Source: a virus. From it: a DNA stretch of 64,000 bases. The DNA is taken from positions 182,338-246,337 of the IMG/VR virus record IMGVR_UViG_3300031418_000005; one strand, written 5' to 3'. This document shows positions 19,910-29,270 of the stretch, piece after piece. The translations under genes were made by a program, and so were the position numbers. Position 1 is the stretch's first letter, and every line of letters starts with the position of its first letter. The notes under the pieces were generated by a model. It did no database searches. It was not told where the DNA came from and was given only the letters and a program-made list of their open reading frames with translations.

Positions 19910-22900
19910 ATGCCGAGAGAAGATGCGGCGCAGTTTAACGGTACGCTCAAGACCGCAACGTACCCGAATAAATACAATGCGGTGATTCCTGCCGAAGGTC
20001 CTTTCTACCGCATTGGGCTGAAACTTACTGTTAAGGATGCAACTGCACCTGGCGGTAAACGTACCCTTATCGAGGGTCTGGATTATTATCTCGGTTACTA
20101 TTTCAAAGAGCTGGCCGAAGCTGAGCAAGACCAAATCTACGGGGGCTTCATCCTACTGACAGCCACCGAAGTCGATTATGAAATCCTGTCTGTTGGCCGT
20201 CAGTATCGTCTGCCGCAGTCAGAGATTGGTAAATACCTGGTGCGCACTGACCTGAAAGACCCACGTAACGTGGACTGGTCAGAGTTGATGAAATACGCAC
20301 CGGTGATTTCCCCGATTGACCCGCCAGAAAACATCGAAGAAGCTATTCTGCGCGATGAAGTGGTAAAAGCCATCGAAGATATTCGCGTAGGGATTCTGGC
20401 CCGTGCCAGTGACCTGGATACGGCGTTTACTGAACTGACGGATATGATCTATCAGAACGGTAACACGGTGTTTGAGCAGGAGATGTATCAGCATCACCTG
20501 AAAAGCAATGCGCACGGCTATACCACGACCGACGTGGGTGCGTTGCCGGTTGTCGGTAAAGCGGTTGATGCTACCAGAGCGTTTGGTCGTACGTTGGCTG
20601 AGCTCGTTAACCTGATGTCGACATCGGGGATTTCCCAGGCTCACGTTGATCTGTTAATGGATAACACCCTGGGGGATTTGCTGGGGCGTCTGCGTGTTCT
20701 CAACAACGACGCGATTACGTTCCAGACCACCGCGGGCCACCTCATTAGCCTGAAAGGTGAGAAATTCATTATCACCTCACCAAAGCCGCTGGTATTAAAA
20801 GCCGACCAGGACAACAACGACACCGGTATCGGGGTGGAGTTTTCGGCGGGCCTCAATACCCTGTGGGTGCATTCGGGGAAAGCTGGGGATAAGTGGGGCG
20901 GTTACAGCATGGATGTGTTGGCCCCGGTCTTTAACTCGGTGTTCCTGGTAACGCCGGAGATGGTCGGGATGTATTTGACCGCGGTTAAACTGTTGCCTGC
21001 CAATGCCTACTTTAAATCCAGCGACACGCTCAAGATTTACGGTAGCGGTAAGCAAACCAACCCGGTGTACATGAACGTCGAGTTGCCCACCGCAACCAAC
21101 GCAGTGGCGGGTCTGTTCTCCATCACGAACATCTCTAACTCCGTGGCCACCGGTGCAGCCATCTCGCAGAAAGCGGTTACCGACCTGAAAGCCAAACTTG
21201 ACCTGTATGTGGACGACACTTACAGCATCAACGGCAAACGCTTCGTGAAAGACGCCAGCGGTAATCAGGTACTGACACTGACCAAAGCGGATTTTGGTGT
21301 GGACAAGATGGACAACACCACACCACTGGAAAAGCCGGTTACTAAAGCATTGACCGCTGCCCTCGCCACGAAAGCGAAAAGTGACCACACGCACACCATT
21401 GCCGACCTCGACAATGTTCCGTATGGCTCAACCACCGCCAGTGGCCTGCTGAAAATCTGGGATGCGATTGATACGACGGATGATAAAGTCGTGACGTCAC
21501 GTCAGGGCTTCTTACTGGATCAGAAGATTGACCAGCTCAGCGACAAAATCAACACGTTGCTGCCTGCCTGGACAGTTCCAGGGGCGAAGTTTGGTAATGG
21601 CGGGTTCTTACCGATTCCAGCAATGGGGAACTATTCCGGCTTCACCAAAAACCAGACCTACCAGAAAGGGTTAATCGGATATCAGCAAGGGCGTCTCTAT
21701 TCCCTGCGTAACGGCAGTAACGGGATAGCGGGTAGTGAAGCGATTTACTACGCGTATGCTGACATCACCAACGACCAGAAACTGACCAACGTGCAACAGA
21801 CGTCGGTGAAGTATATGCCTGCGGGTATGAGCAAGTTCCCTGGTGTGTCTCTGGTGGCGATTCTGATTACCGGTACTGACGGTGCGGTGTGTCTGGGGTC
21901 GGATGGTAAGCGTTATCTGGTGTTGTTCAACGGGTCGATGGATCACGCGAAACACACCGCGGTGTCTCAGGTTAATTTCCCGGACTACCGTAACGGTAAC
22001 GGGACAGACGTTACCACGGCTGAGTTTGTGCCGAATGTGTCCACGGATGATATCGTCGCGGTAGGCACCAATGTGTTCTTGCTGCGTAACGTGCTGACAA
22101 ACGCGCAGTATTCTGTTGCGGCATGGAAACTGAAAGCCGCGGACGTTGCCAATGCCACGGTAATGTTTGAACGCGTGATACTGACCGGTGAAAACGGGAT
22201 GTCGGGTGATAACCTGATGATTCGTTACGGCCAGAAAACAGCAGCCTCGCAAACAGGCCCGTTCGTCACCTATTTGACGCCAGAGGCGGCAGCGAAATGG
22301 GTGAACGCCACTAACTTCGTACATGGGCCAGAAGCCAACCACATGTACGGGGTCAGCGAAGGTAAGGTGCGCGTTAACCATACCCCAACAATGTGGTTCG
22401 CTGCACCTAACGGTGACGTATTGAATTTCAGCCAATGGCAAACCAGTTTTGTACTGGATACCGAAGCGAACACCGTCACGCTGGAATGTCCGCAGCGTTT
22501 CCCGCTGGTTGCTGATGTCACAACCGTGAAATATGCCGACGGTACGTTTGATGGATTTACCCAAGGCAAATGGCACGGTGGTGTGGCAAACAACCGCACG
22601 TTCGCGACGGTAGTAAATGATGTAGTGGTGTCGCAGTGGCTGGCAGGTGATGCTGACCAGATGCCAGGGATTGCTATCCGGCCTGCCAAAGGGAAATCCT
22701 TGTACGATTTCCTGCGCTACGACTATACCGCGTTTGCCGATGCCACCCAAAACAGTGCGGCAACGTTAAACCAGGGGCGTGGGTCTGTTTACTCCACTGG
22801 GATGTCGTATCCGTTAGGGTTGGGTGGTTCGAATCTGTTGTGGCTATCTGACCCACGTACACGGACAGCAATCGAGGTTGAAGTTGACCCGAACAAACCG

Positions 22901-25093
22901 TATAACGTGGCAGGCTACAGCGGCTACGGCCCGGACAACGCGCGGCGTGTAGTAGATAGCACCCTCTATGAACAGTTGAGCAACATCCCGTTGATGCTGA
23001 CGCCGTCTCAAGGCGTGGGTGTGCTGAATGGCTGGTACTGTACGGGACCTGAGTCTTTCCCGTACAAGAACGTACCGGGTAACTTTGCCTTGGCAGCTGA
23101 CCGGTTGAACCTGACGCAAACCGAATGGAATAAGATGAAGCAATCTATTCTGGACGGGGCACCGACAGGGGCCGCAAACGGGTACGCATCGGAATACATC
23201 AATGCCGCTAATCAGGCCGGGAAAGCGCTGTTTGCTGTCTGGTTTATGGGTATTGGTACGGCGCATCCATTGACGCTGATTCAGGTCTCGGCACAACGTG
23301 TAGTGAACAACGTCAATATCCTTGACGTCTATTACTTCACAATGACGCCAACCATTTCCGGTGGCAATGTATCGTTCCCGACGGCAGCAGTAAACCTGCT
23401 CGATTTCTTCAACAACCTGGACTACGGTCTGAACTACGCGATGTTGGGAGAGATTACCGGTGGGAAAACCAAACGTGTGGGTCAGCCGATTATGGCCTCC
23501 ACTAACGGAACCGATTTTGCTATCTGGTTACCGTACACGTTAGGGCTGCGCCTGATTGGGGATTTGGCATCGGTCGGTTATGCGGCAGGGTTGCGTTACA
23601 GTAGCGGGACGTGGACAAAAGTGGCAGGGAAAACGGCACTGCGTCGTATGGCTCCGTCACACACGCCAGAGTCTGTGGTCTACATGGGTGCTGGCAGCTG
23701 GAATAGTGTCGCGCGCATTTATTCGAAAGCAGACCGTGTGTTCTGTTCCGGGGATGCGTATACGCTGGCAAACTTCGTTGCTGACCCTACCTTTGTGACC
23801 ACGGCTTCACCGCAAGCGGTTATTTTGGCTGGGGTGGAGACTGCCGAAGGGTGGATTCTCTATCTGACGGAAGAAGTGGAGCTGTCGTTCGGTAGTGCCA
23901 GCTATACACTCCCGACCTGGTCGATTGACCTCAGTGATGCTTACCCAACGGCACACGCCAATCGGACTTTCTATCTGCACGCTCAGGTGGTTAACGGTAC
24001 CGCGAGTTATCTGATGGACACCGTGCGTCATCCCGACACAGACAGTTTGCTGTACGTGGGTTGGGTGACAACGGATGCTAACCGAATTACGGGGCAGGAT
24101 ATCCAGCAGGTGAAGCGTCTGGGCCAGGTGAAACAGCTTGAAGAACACGCAGGGGTTGCGTACCGTCACGATGTTTCGGCGGCGCGTGAATCGCGTGTGG
24201 GTTCGATGGGTCTGTTGAAACGGGTTGCGCTCTCTACCCCTGGTCTTGGGGTGGCTGGGTATGCAGATGGTCAGGAGCTGTATAAAGGTATCGAGCGTCA
24301 ACTGCGCTCCGCTTTACCGATTCAGAAGCGGTTTGCAGGTTTTGCTGTCACCAAGTGGGAACACTTCCAGAACGTTGCTCGCCGCTTCTGGTTGAAGAAC
24401 CCCACGGAAACCGCAGCTGTATCCGGGGATAACGCAAAAGCGGCCAGCTTTAACATGAAATGGATTGGGGCACAGATGTCGCCAGTGGTATCCGGGGAAA
24501 CCTATACTGCGGTGGCGCAGCTGCGCTTTACCGTTCCAGGCAATGTGGGTGACGCCAGCAAGATGATCAGTCAGCGATATGCAGTGCCAAATGGAATCAG
24601 CAGTTTCAAATACTGCTTGAATTCAGCGGCTACTAGCCAGTCGTCGGAAATGACGTTTAATACCGGCAATGACCTTGTAAATATCGTGGGTTCTGGTTTA
24701 GCAGCCGGGATGGAGTACGTGATGCACATGTCCGTACAACTGACCGCCGCGCAATACCAGTCGCTGGGAAATAAAATCCTTTCCATGCAAGTGGTAGAGG
24801 ACGCAACCGGTACGGTGTTCCGTCAAACAGATGTCGATACCCCATTCCTTATCTACGCATCCAGCGAGTTGAACGGAGGCGGGGTGGTGAGAGTGGCACG
24901 CGAACTGGTGATTCCAAATCTGCCATCTGAACCGGCTGTCGTGATACATGCTGGTAATGATGGGCTTAACCCGCCATACCAGGCGAGTTATGATGCGGGG
25001 ACACTGACGTTGTCGGTGGCGTGTGAATATGCTGCGGGCGGTGCACTGGTTGACCTCGATGAGATTCAGGTCAATCTTATGTTCAAGTCTTAA
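19910..25093 (+). CDS. Tail fibre-like protein, 1727 aa
   Basis: Likely start MPRED at 19910 (AGGAG RBS); GPFY..LIEGLDY N-domain; LTKADFGVDK..EKP and HTHTIADL repeats. Confidence 0.75.
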   Translation: MPREDAAQFNGTLKTATYPNKYNAVIPAEGPFYRIGLKLTVKDATAPGGKRTLIEGLDYYLGYYFKELAEAEQDQIYGGFILLTATEVDYEILSVGRQYRLPQSEIGKYLVRTDLKDPRNVDWSELMKYAPVISPIDPPENIEEAILRDEVVKAIEDIRVGILARASDLDTAFTELTDMIYQNGNTVFEQEMYQHHLKSNAHGYTTTDVGALPVVGKAVDATRAFGRTLAELVNLMSTSGISQAHVDLLMDNTLGDLLGRLRVLNNDAITFQTTAGHLISLKGEKFIITSPKPLVLKADQDNNDTGIGVEFSAGLNTLWVHSGKAGDKWGGYSMDVLAPVFNSVFLVTPEMVGMYLTAVKLLPANAYFKSSDTLKIYGSGKQTNPVYMNVELPTATNAVAGLFSITNISNSVATGAAISQKAVTDLKAKLDLYVDDTYSINGKRFVKDASGNQVLTLTKADFGVDKMDNTTPLEKPVTKALTAALATKAKSDHTHTIADLDNVPYGSTTASGLLKIWDAIDTTDDKVVTSRQGFLLDQKIDQLSDKINTLLPAWTVPGAKFGNGGFLPIPAMGNYSGFTKNQTYQKGLIGYQQGRLYSLRNGSNGIAGSEAIYYAYADITNDQKLTNVQQTSVKYMPAGMSKFPGVSLVAILITGTDGAVCLGSDGKRYLVLFNGSMDHAKHTAVSQVNFPDYRNGNGTDVTTAEFVPNVSTDDIVAVGTNVFLLRNVLTNAQYSVAAWKLKAADVANATVMFERVILTGENGMSGDNLMIRYGQKTAASQTGPFVTYLTPEAAAKWVNATNFVHGPEANHMYGVSEGKVRVNHTPTMWFAAPNGDVLNFSQWQTSFVLDTEANTVTLECPQRFPLVADVTTVKYADGTFDGFTQGKWHGGVANNRTFATVVNDVVVSQWLAGDADQMPGIAIRPAKGKSLYDFLRYDYTAFADATQNSAATLNQGRGSVYSTGMSYPLGLGGSNLLWLSDPRTRTAIEVEVDPNKPYNVAGYSGYGPDNARRVVDSTLYEQLSNIPLMLTPSQGVGVLNGWYCTGPESFPYKNVPGNFALAADRLNLTQTEWNKMKQSILDGAPTGAANGYASEYINAANQAGKALFAVWFMGIGTAHPLTLIQVSAQRVVNNVNILDVYYFTMTPTISGGNVSFPTAAVNLLDFFNNLDYGLNYAMLGEITGGKTKRVGQPIMASTNGTDFAIWLPYTLGLRLIGDLASVGYAAGLRYSSGTWTKVAGKTALRRMAPSHTPESVVYMGAGSWNSVARIYSKADRVFCSGDAYTLANFVADPTFVTTASPQAVILAGVETAEGWILYLTEEVELSFGSASYTLPTWSIDLSDAYPTAHANRTFYLHAQVVNGTASYLMDTVRHPDTDSLLYVGWVTTDANRITGQDIQQVKRLGQVKQLEEHAGVAYRHDVSAARESRVGSMGLLKRVALSTPGLGVAGYADGQELYKGIERQLRSALPIQKRFAGFAVTKWEHFQNVARRFWLKNPTETAAVSGDNAKAASFNMKWIGAQMSPVVSGETYTAVAQLRFTVPGNVGDASKMISQRYAVPNGISSFKYCLNSAATSQSSEMTFNTGNDLVNIVGSGLAAGMEYVMHMSVQLTAAQYQSLGNKILSMQVVEDATGTVFRQTDVDTPFLIYASSELNGGGVVRVARELVIPNLPSEPAVVIHAGNDGLNPPYQASYDAGTLTLSVACEYAAGGALVDLDEIQVNLMFKS

Positions 25094-25137
25094 CAGCGCT
25101 GTGGGGCACGGACGCCCCAATCAAAGGAGTTCTGGCC

Positions 25138-26337
25138 ATGGCCGATATTGTTTTTCAGTACCCGCTTGACCTCAGGGGCACGCTGACTTCTAACGCCGTT
25201 ACCCGACCGATTACGTTGGGCTCGGGTAAAGTCAACCGTGCCTTTGCATTCCCGGCGGGCCCGTTTTACGCAGATACATTTAAGATGTATGCCAGTAACA
25301 AACCTGGCACGCTGTACAAACGCGGGACAGACTACGAGTTGGTCTTCCTGCACCCGGCGTATGAGAAGCTCACCAAAGGCCGTGAAGTCGTTATGGCGGT
25401 GGTGGTTACCAACTCGGCAATCCCTACCTCTATTACCGTCGCTGCCCAAGTCATCGGTGGGCCGCAGTCTGCCAACGTAGTGGCCATCGAGCAAGCTATT
25501 AAAGAGCTGAAACTCGAAGACCGTACGGTAGATTTCAAAGACCTGCGCAACGTGCCGGATACGTTCCCGTCTGCTCCGACGTTTAAAGACGTGGGTGACA
25601 TCTACGGGTTCGAATTCATCATCACGGTGCTCTCAGGGATTAAGGATGCGATTAACTCCGGCTCGGCAGTACAGCTGGAACAAATCAAAGCCATCATCGA
25701 CGGGTTGAAGCAAGACTTCCTCGATGCCCTGAACGCCCACGTTAATGCCCAGGGCAATGTGCACAAACTCGATATTCACCAGGCTAACGGCCTGACCGAA
25801 ACCGAGATTCGTGCTTTGATTGCAGGCGTGCAATCTGCGATTGATGCGACTATTCAGGATATCAACGGCCTGAAAACTGCAGATACGGCTCTGGGTGCCC
25901 GTATCGATGCGGTGGTGCAATCACTGGTAGCCTGGAACGACCAGCTCAACGTGGTGGCGCAGAACTACCAGAAGATGTCGCTTGCTTTGGCAAACCTCAA
26001 CTCGCTGGTACTGCAACTGCAAAAGATGGTCAACGATCTGCAGTCGCTGGTTAACGGGTTAACCCAACGTGTGGCGGATTTGGAATCGCAAGGCCAGGAC
26101 TTCCAACAGAAGTTCGACAACCTGCAATCCCAGATTACCGCACTCAATACCCGTGTTACCAATAACACCAACGCGATTTCTCAGGCGAACCAAAACCTGG
26201 CAAACCACGTTGCGGCAGACAACCCGCACCCGAACTACCTGCACAAAACGTATGGCGGTGTGGTACAGGCCGCGGTACACGTCAACAACAGTCTCACCAC
26301 TCGCGACGACGTACAAGCCGAAGCCGGTACACGATAA
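25138..26337 (+). CDS. Short tail fibre-like protein with long coiled coil, 399 aa
   Basis: YPLD..GPFY..RGTDY N-domain; heptad region LQSLVNGLTQRVADLE; HVAADNPHPNY. Confidence 0.75.
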   Translation: MADIVFQYPLDLRGTLTSNAVTRPITLGSGKVNRAFAFPAGPFYADTFKMYASNKPGTLYKRGTDYELVFLHPAYEKLTKGREVVMAVVVTNSAIPTSITVAAQVIGGPQSANVVAIEQAIKELKLEDRTVDFKDLRNVPDTFPSAPTFKDVGDIYGFEFIITVLSGIKDAINSGSAVQLEQIKAIIDGLKQDFLDALNAHVNAQGNVHKLDIHQANGLTETEIRALIAGVQSAIDATIQDINGLKTADTALGARIDAVVQSLVAWNDQLNVVAQNYQKMSLALANLNSLVLQLQKMVNDLQSLVNGLTQRVADLESQGQDFQQKFDNLQSQITALNTRVTNNTNAISQANQNLANHVAADNPHPNYLHKTYGGVVQAAVHVNNSLTTRDDVQAEAGTR

Positions 26338-26352
26338 ACTTTTTAAAAACAC

Positions 26353-26386
26353 GAGGACCTGTCTATATGGCAGAGTCCTCTTTTTT
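26353..26386 (+). terminator. Intrinsic terminator ahead of the Cys-peptide cluster
   Basis: GAGGAC-CTGTC-TATAT-GGCAG-A-GTCCTC-TTTTTT. Confidence 0.7.
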
Positions 26387-26403
26387 ATTCTTAAAGGAAA
26401 CGT

Positions 26404-26787
26404 ATGGCAATCTCACTTAAAAACATACGCGACCGCCTGCAAACTGTGGAGAGCAATTACGCCACCGGCCCCCGTGTTGATGGTCAGGTAGCGGCACAGG
26501 CGAATAACGCCCAAGACCGCTTCGCTGGATGGACACCGGGACAGTTGGACTGTGGCGGAACGTGTAGCTGGTCGTGCTCTAACGGTTGTTCGGCAAGTTG
26601 TACCAGTTGCTCAGGTACATGTACGTCGACATGTACAGGCAGTTGTACGGGCGGGTGTTCTACCGGGTGTTCGGGTTGCTCAGGTTGTTCAGGTAGTTGC
26701 TCTGGCGGCTGCTCGGGTAAATGTAGCGGGTGCTCTGGATCGTGCTCATCGAGCTGCACTGGCTGTTCTGGCTGCTCTGGGCCGTAG
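26404..26787 (+). CDS. Cys-rich CxxxC-repeat peptide 1 (putative radical SAM substrate), 127 aa, 21 Cys
   Basis: 49-aa leader MAISLKNIRDRL.. then a 78-aa core of CxxxC/CxxC units with mostly S/G/T spacers; AAGGAA RBS. Confidence 0.85.
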   Translation: MAISLKNIRDRLQTVESNYATGPRVDGQVAAQANNAQDRFAGWTPGQLDCGGTCSWSCSNGCSASCTSCSGTCTSTCTGSCTGGCSTGCSGCSGCSGSCSGGCSGKCSGCSGSCSSSCTGCSGCSGP

Positions 26788-26798
26788 TAGGAGACAAC

Positions 26799-27197
26799 AT
26801 GGCTATCAACCTTAAAGATATTCAGAATCGTCTGAATGTTATCGACGCCAACGCGTTAAAGACCGCAGCGGGCGTGCAAAGTTACATCCGTAACAAAGCC
26901 ACAAACAACTCCAACTTATTTGGCGGTCAACCGCGGGCGCACTATGACTGCGGCGGTACGTGTAGTTGGACGTGTTCATCCTGTTCAGGCGGGTGTTCGG
27001 GTTCCGCATCGGGAACGTGTGGGGCAAGCTGTTCTGCCAGCTGTACGTCTGGCTGTTCTTCAACATGTACAGGGTGTTCTGGTGCATGTTCAGGTGGCTG
27101 TGCAAATGGTTGCTCCGGTACCTGCTCAACAGGCTGTTCGTCTTCCTGTTCTTCCAGCTGCTCCGGTTGTTCTGGTTGTTCCGGACCAATGCGTTAA
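26799..27197 (+). CDS. Cys-rich CxxxC-repeat peptide 2, 132 aa, 20 Cys
   Basis: Start ATG 26799 after AGGAG: MAINLKDIQNRL.. leader, core begins DCGGTCSWTC. Confidence 0.85.
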   Translation: MAINLKDIQNRLNVIDANALKTAAGVQSYIRNKATNNSNLFGGQPRAHYDCGGTCSWTCSSCSGGCSGSASGTCGASCSASCTSGCSSTCTGCSGACSGGCANGCSGTCSTGCSSSCSSSCSGCSGCSGPMR

Positions 27198-27240
27198 GAC
27201 CCGATGCCCCATTTAACTTTTTACGAATTGGGGGGTTAGT

Positions 27241-27447
27241 GTGATTTCACTAAAAAACATTCGTGACCGAATGGTGCAAGTTGAGGGCTACATCAAAACC
27301 TCCGATGCGAATAACTTTATCGCAACGCAGGGGATTGTTAGTAGCACCAATAACCTTGCAGGACTGCCACTGTCGCACTACAACTGTGGTGGGTCATGCA
27401 GCTGGACGTGTAGCGGTGGCTGTAGTCACGGAGCGGGGAACCGATAA
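27241..27447 (+). CDS. Short Cys-repeat peptide 3, 68 aa, 4 Cys
   Basis: GTG start, MISLKNIRDRM leader, core NCGGSCSWTCSGGC. Confidence 0.8.
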   Translation: MISLKNIRDRMVQVEGYIKTSDANNFIATQGIVSSTNNLAGLPLSHYNCGGSCSWTCSGGCSHGAGNR

Positions 27448-27460
27448 GGGGACTATTTAA

Positions 27461-28348
27461 ATGAAGAACGATCTACACCTTGCGTTTAAAACAACGCAAA
27501 ACTTCCCACTGCAAATCAGCATCTACGACAGCGTGAAATACCACCTGCTCGACGAAGTGCGCCTGATTAGCCAGTTACCGGGGGAGTGGCCGAAGGTGCG
27601 TGGTCGTGAGATTGCTAATCCGAAAAGTTACACGGTAGAAGCAACTTACGAACTGGCGGGCCATACGGTGCAACACATCCACATCACTGCCGGTGAGCAG
27701 GACGTGTGGGGTCGTCTGGTCGACGGGAAGTATTTCCTGAGCGACGCTGTACTGAACCAGGTGGTTGACCTGGAAATGTTCCTGATTCCGTTTGCTGAAA
27801 GCGACCTGAAACCGATGGCGCGTCGTGAATGGAGCTGGGACTATATGGGTTCTATGCCGGGCTGGTATACGCAGGTGACAAAAGACACCGAGCATTACAC
27901 CGGTGTTGAAGAGTATTACCCAATTGTTGGCTTTGAAAAGCACGGGATTACCAACATGTTGGACTTGCTGGCCTACAGCTACAAGTTCATCTGGAACCCG
28001 GAAGCAAAACAATTCGAAGCCATTTTCGACGAACATGAAATCACCAAGCGTATCCGCAAGCCATGGATGCAGTACCTGGTGCAGGCCAAGTTCGGCGAAT
28101 CACCTTCTACCGAAGCAGACCTGAACAAACTGGTAGCGTTCCTGCTGACTAAAGTAGACCTGACAGACGAAGAAAAAACTGTCGTGTCTGCCTTCCGTGC
28201 TCGCACAGTCACATTAGATGACTTACAGCGCGTGAATGCTCGTCAGGCAATTCTGAACCAGATCCTCGATGCCTACAACTCGCCGTTTGTGTTAAAGACG
28301 GGTGTGGACATCAAAGATGACCCGCTGTTCAAGCTGACGTTCGAATAA
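27461..28348 (+). CDS. Hypothetical accessory protein of the rSAM cluster, 295 aa
   Basis: Co-oriented, with gaps under 20 nt to peptide 3 and rSAM1; no motif recognised. Confidence 0.75.
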   Translation: MKNDLHLAFKTTQNFPLQISIYDSVKYHLLDEVRLISQLPGEWPKVRGREIANPKSYTVEATYELAGHTVQHIHITAGEQDVWGRLVDGKYFLSDAVLNQVVDLEMFLIPFAESDLKPMARREWSWDYMGSMPGWYTQVTKDTEHYTGVEEYYPIVGFEKHGITNMLDLLAYSYKFIWNPEAKQFEAIFDEHEITKRIRKPWMQYLVQAKFGESPSTEADLNKLVAFLLTKVDLTDEEKTVVSAFRARTVTLDDLQRVNARQAILNQILDAYNSPFVLKTGVDIKDDPLFKLTFE

Positions 28349-28364
28349 CTGGAGTAAACCTGCA

Positions 28365-29270
28365 ATGAGTGAAGAAGCTGTGTCGGCTATTCGTCGCGAC
28401 CCTTCGTCAACTCCAATGGAGCTGTCGATAGTCACCACCTCGAAGTGCAATTTAGATTGTAGTTTCTGTGGCGGTGTTGGGTATATGGACGTCAAAGACA
28501 GTGCGCGCGACGTCCAAAGAGAGAAGCTGTTTGAAACGCTGGAAGCCCATCCGACTATTCAGCAGATTAACTGGACTGGGGGTGAGCCGTTACTGGCCAT
28601 CAACAAAATCCAGGATTTCATGGCTGAACTGAAAGAGCGCTACCCGCACTTACAGCATGAAATGTACACCAACGGTCTGCGACTGACCCCGGCCCAGTTG
28701 CCGGTGCTTAAGCAAATGGATCGCATTTTCGTCTCGTTTGACGGCTATGCGGAATCCGAGCGTCCGTTACTGCGTATCGCTGAGGAGCGTCGCTACGATG
28801 CTTTCGAAGTGTTTGACGCACTGGACAACATCACGTTGTGGTCGGTGATTACGCGTGCCCAACTGGCACCGAAACACTGGTTCCTCGACCTGCTGAAACT
28901 CCACGAAGCGTTGTACCATTACAAGTTCAACGGCTACCGCGTGATGTTTGATAACTTCATGCCTAAGCCGCTGAACCAGGATCTCGTCATGAACTTCATG
29001 TACGGGTACAACAAAATGCACGACCAGTTGACTGAGCTGAACAACCTTAACGGGTTCCATCAGACGCTGAGCATCAATAAGTTCTTCAGCCAACATTGTG
29101 ATGACTGTAGCAATCTGGTGTGGGTAAAATCCGACGCCACGTTTGACCAGTCTGACAATGCGCTCGATGTGCTTAGCTCAGGGTGTAATCGTCTGGCCGA
29201 AGTTATCGGGTACGACGCTTACCAGTATATCAATCGTGTAGTGCAAGCGGGGTTAAATCGCAATGCGTGA
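28365..29270 (+). CDS. Radical SAM protein 1, 301 aa
   Basis: CNLDCSFC (CxxxCxxC), TGGEP, YTNG, VSFDG; short C-terminal CDDC...C. Confidence 0.9.
   Translation: MSEEAVSAIRRDPSSTPMELSIVTTSKCNLDCSFCGGVGYMDVKDSARDVQREKLFETLEAHPTIQQINWTGGEPLLAINKIQDFMAELKERYPHLQHEMYTNGLRLTPAQLPVLKQMDRIFVSFDGYAESERPLLRIAEERRYDAFEVFDALDNITLWSVITRAQLAPKHWFLDLLKLHEALYHYKFNGYRVMFDNFMPKPLNQDLVMNFMYGYNKMHDQLTELNNLNGFHQTLSINKFFSQHCDDCSNLVWVKSDATFDQSDNALDVLSSGCNRLAEVIGYDAYQYINRVVQAGLNRNA

Noticed and set aside
21671-22750. Long antisense ORFs (359 aa here; also 15961-16767 and 48087-48980)
   Set aside because: They lie wholly opposite well-supported genes, with no recognisable motifs.
26730-26798. 23-aa hydrophobic N-terminal extension of peptide 2 given in the ORF track
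   Set aside because: It overlaps peptide 1. ATG 26799 has an AGGAG RBS and aligns with the other leaders.
26550-27185. Repetitive DNA as a possible CRISPR array or VNTR
   Set aside because: There is no fixed-length repeat-spacer structure. Repeats are at the amino-acid level with varied synonymous codons.
26404-27197. Simple metallothionein interpretation
   Set aside because: Not excluded biochemically, but the conserved leaders, strict CxxxC spacing and adjacent rSAM/SPASM genes fit modification substrates better.
26484-27244. Alternative-frame and antisense ORFs over the Cys-rich genes (e.g. the PEQP-repeat 26484-26759 and the hydrophobic 26966-27244)
   Set aside because: They are shadows of the low-complexity TGT/TCN/GGN codon repeats. 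The Cys frames have the RBSs and the shared leaders.
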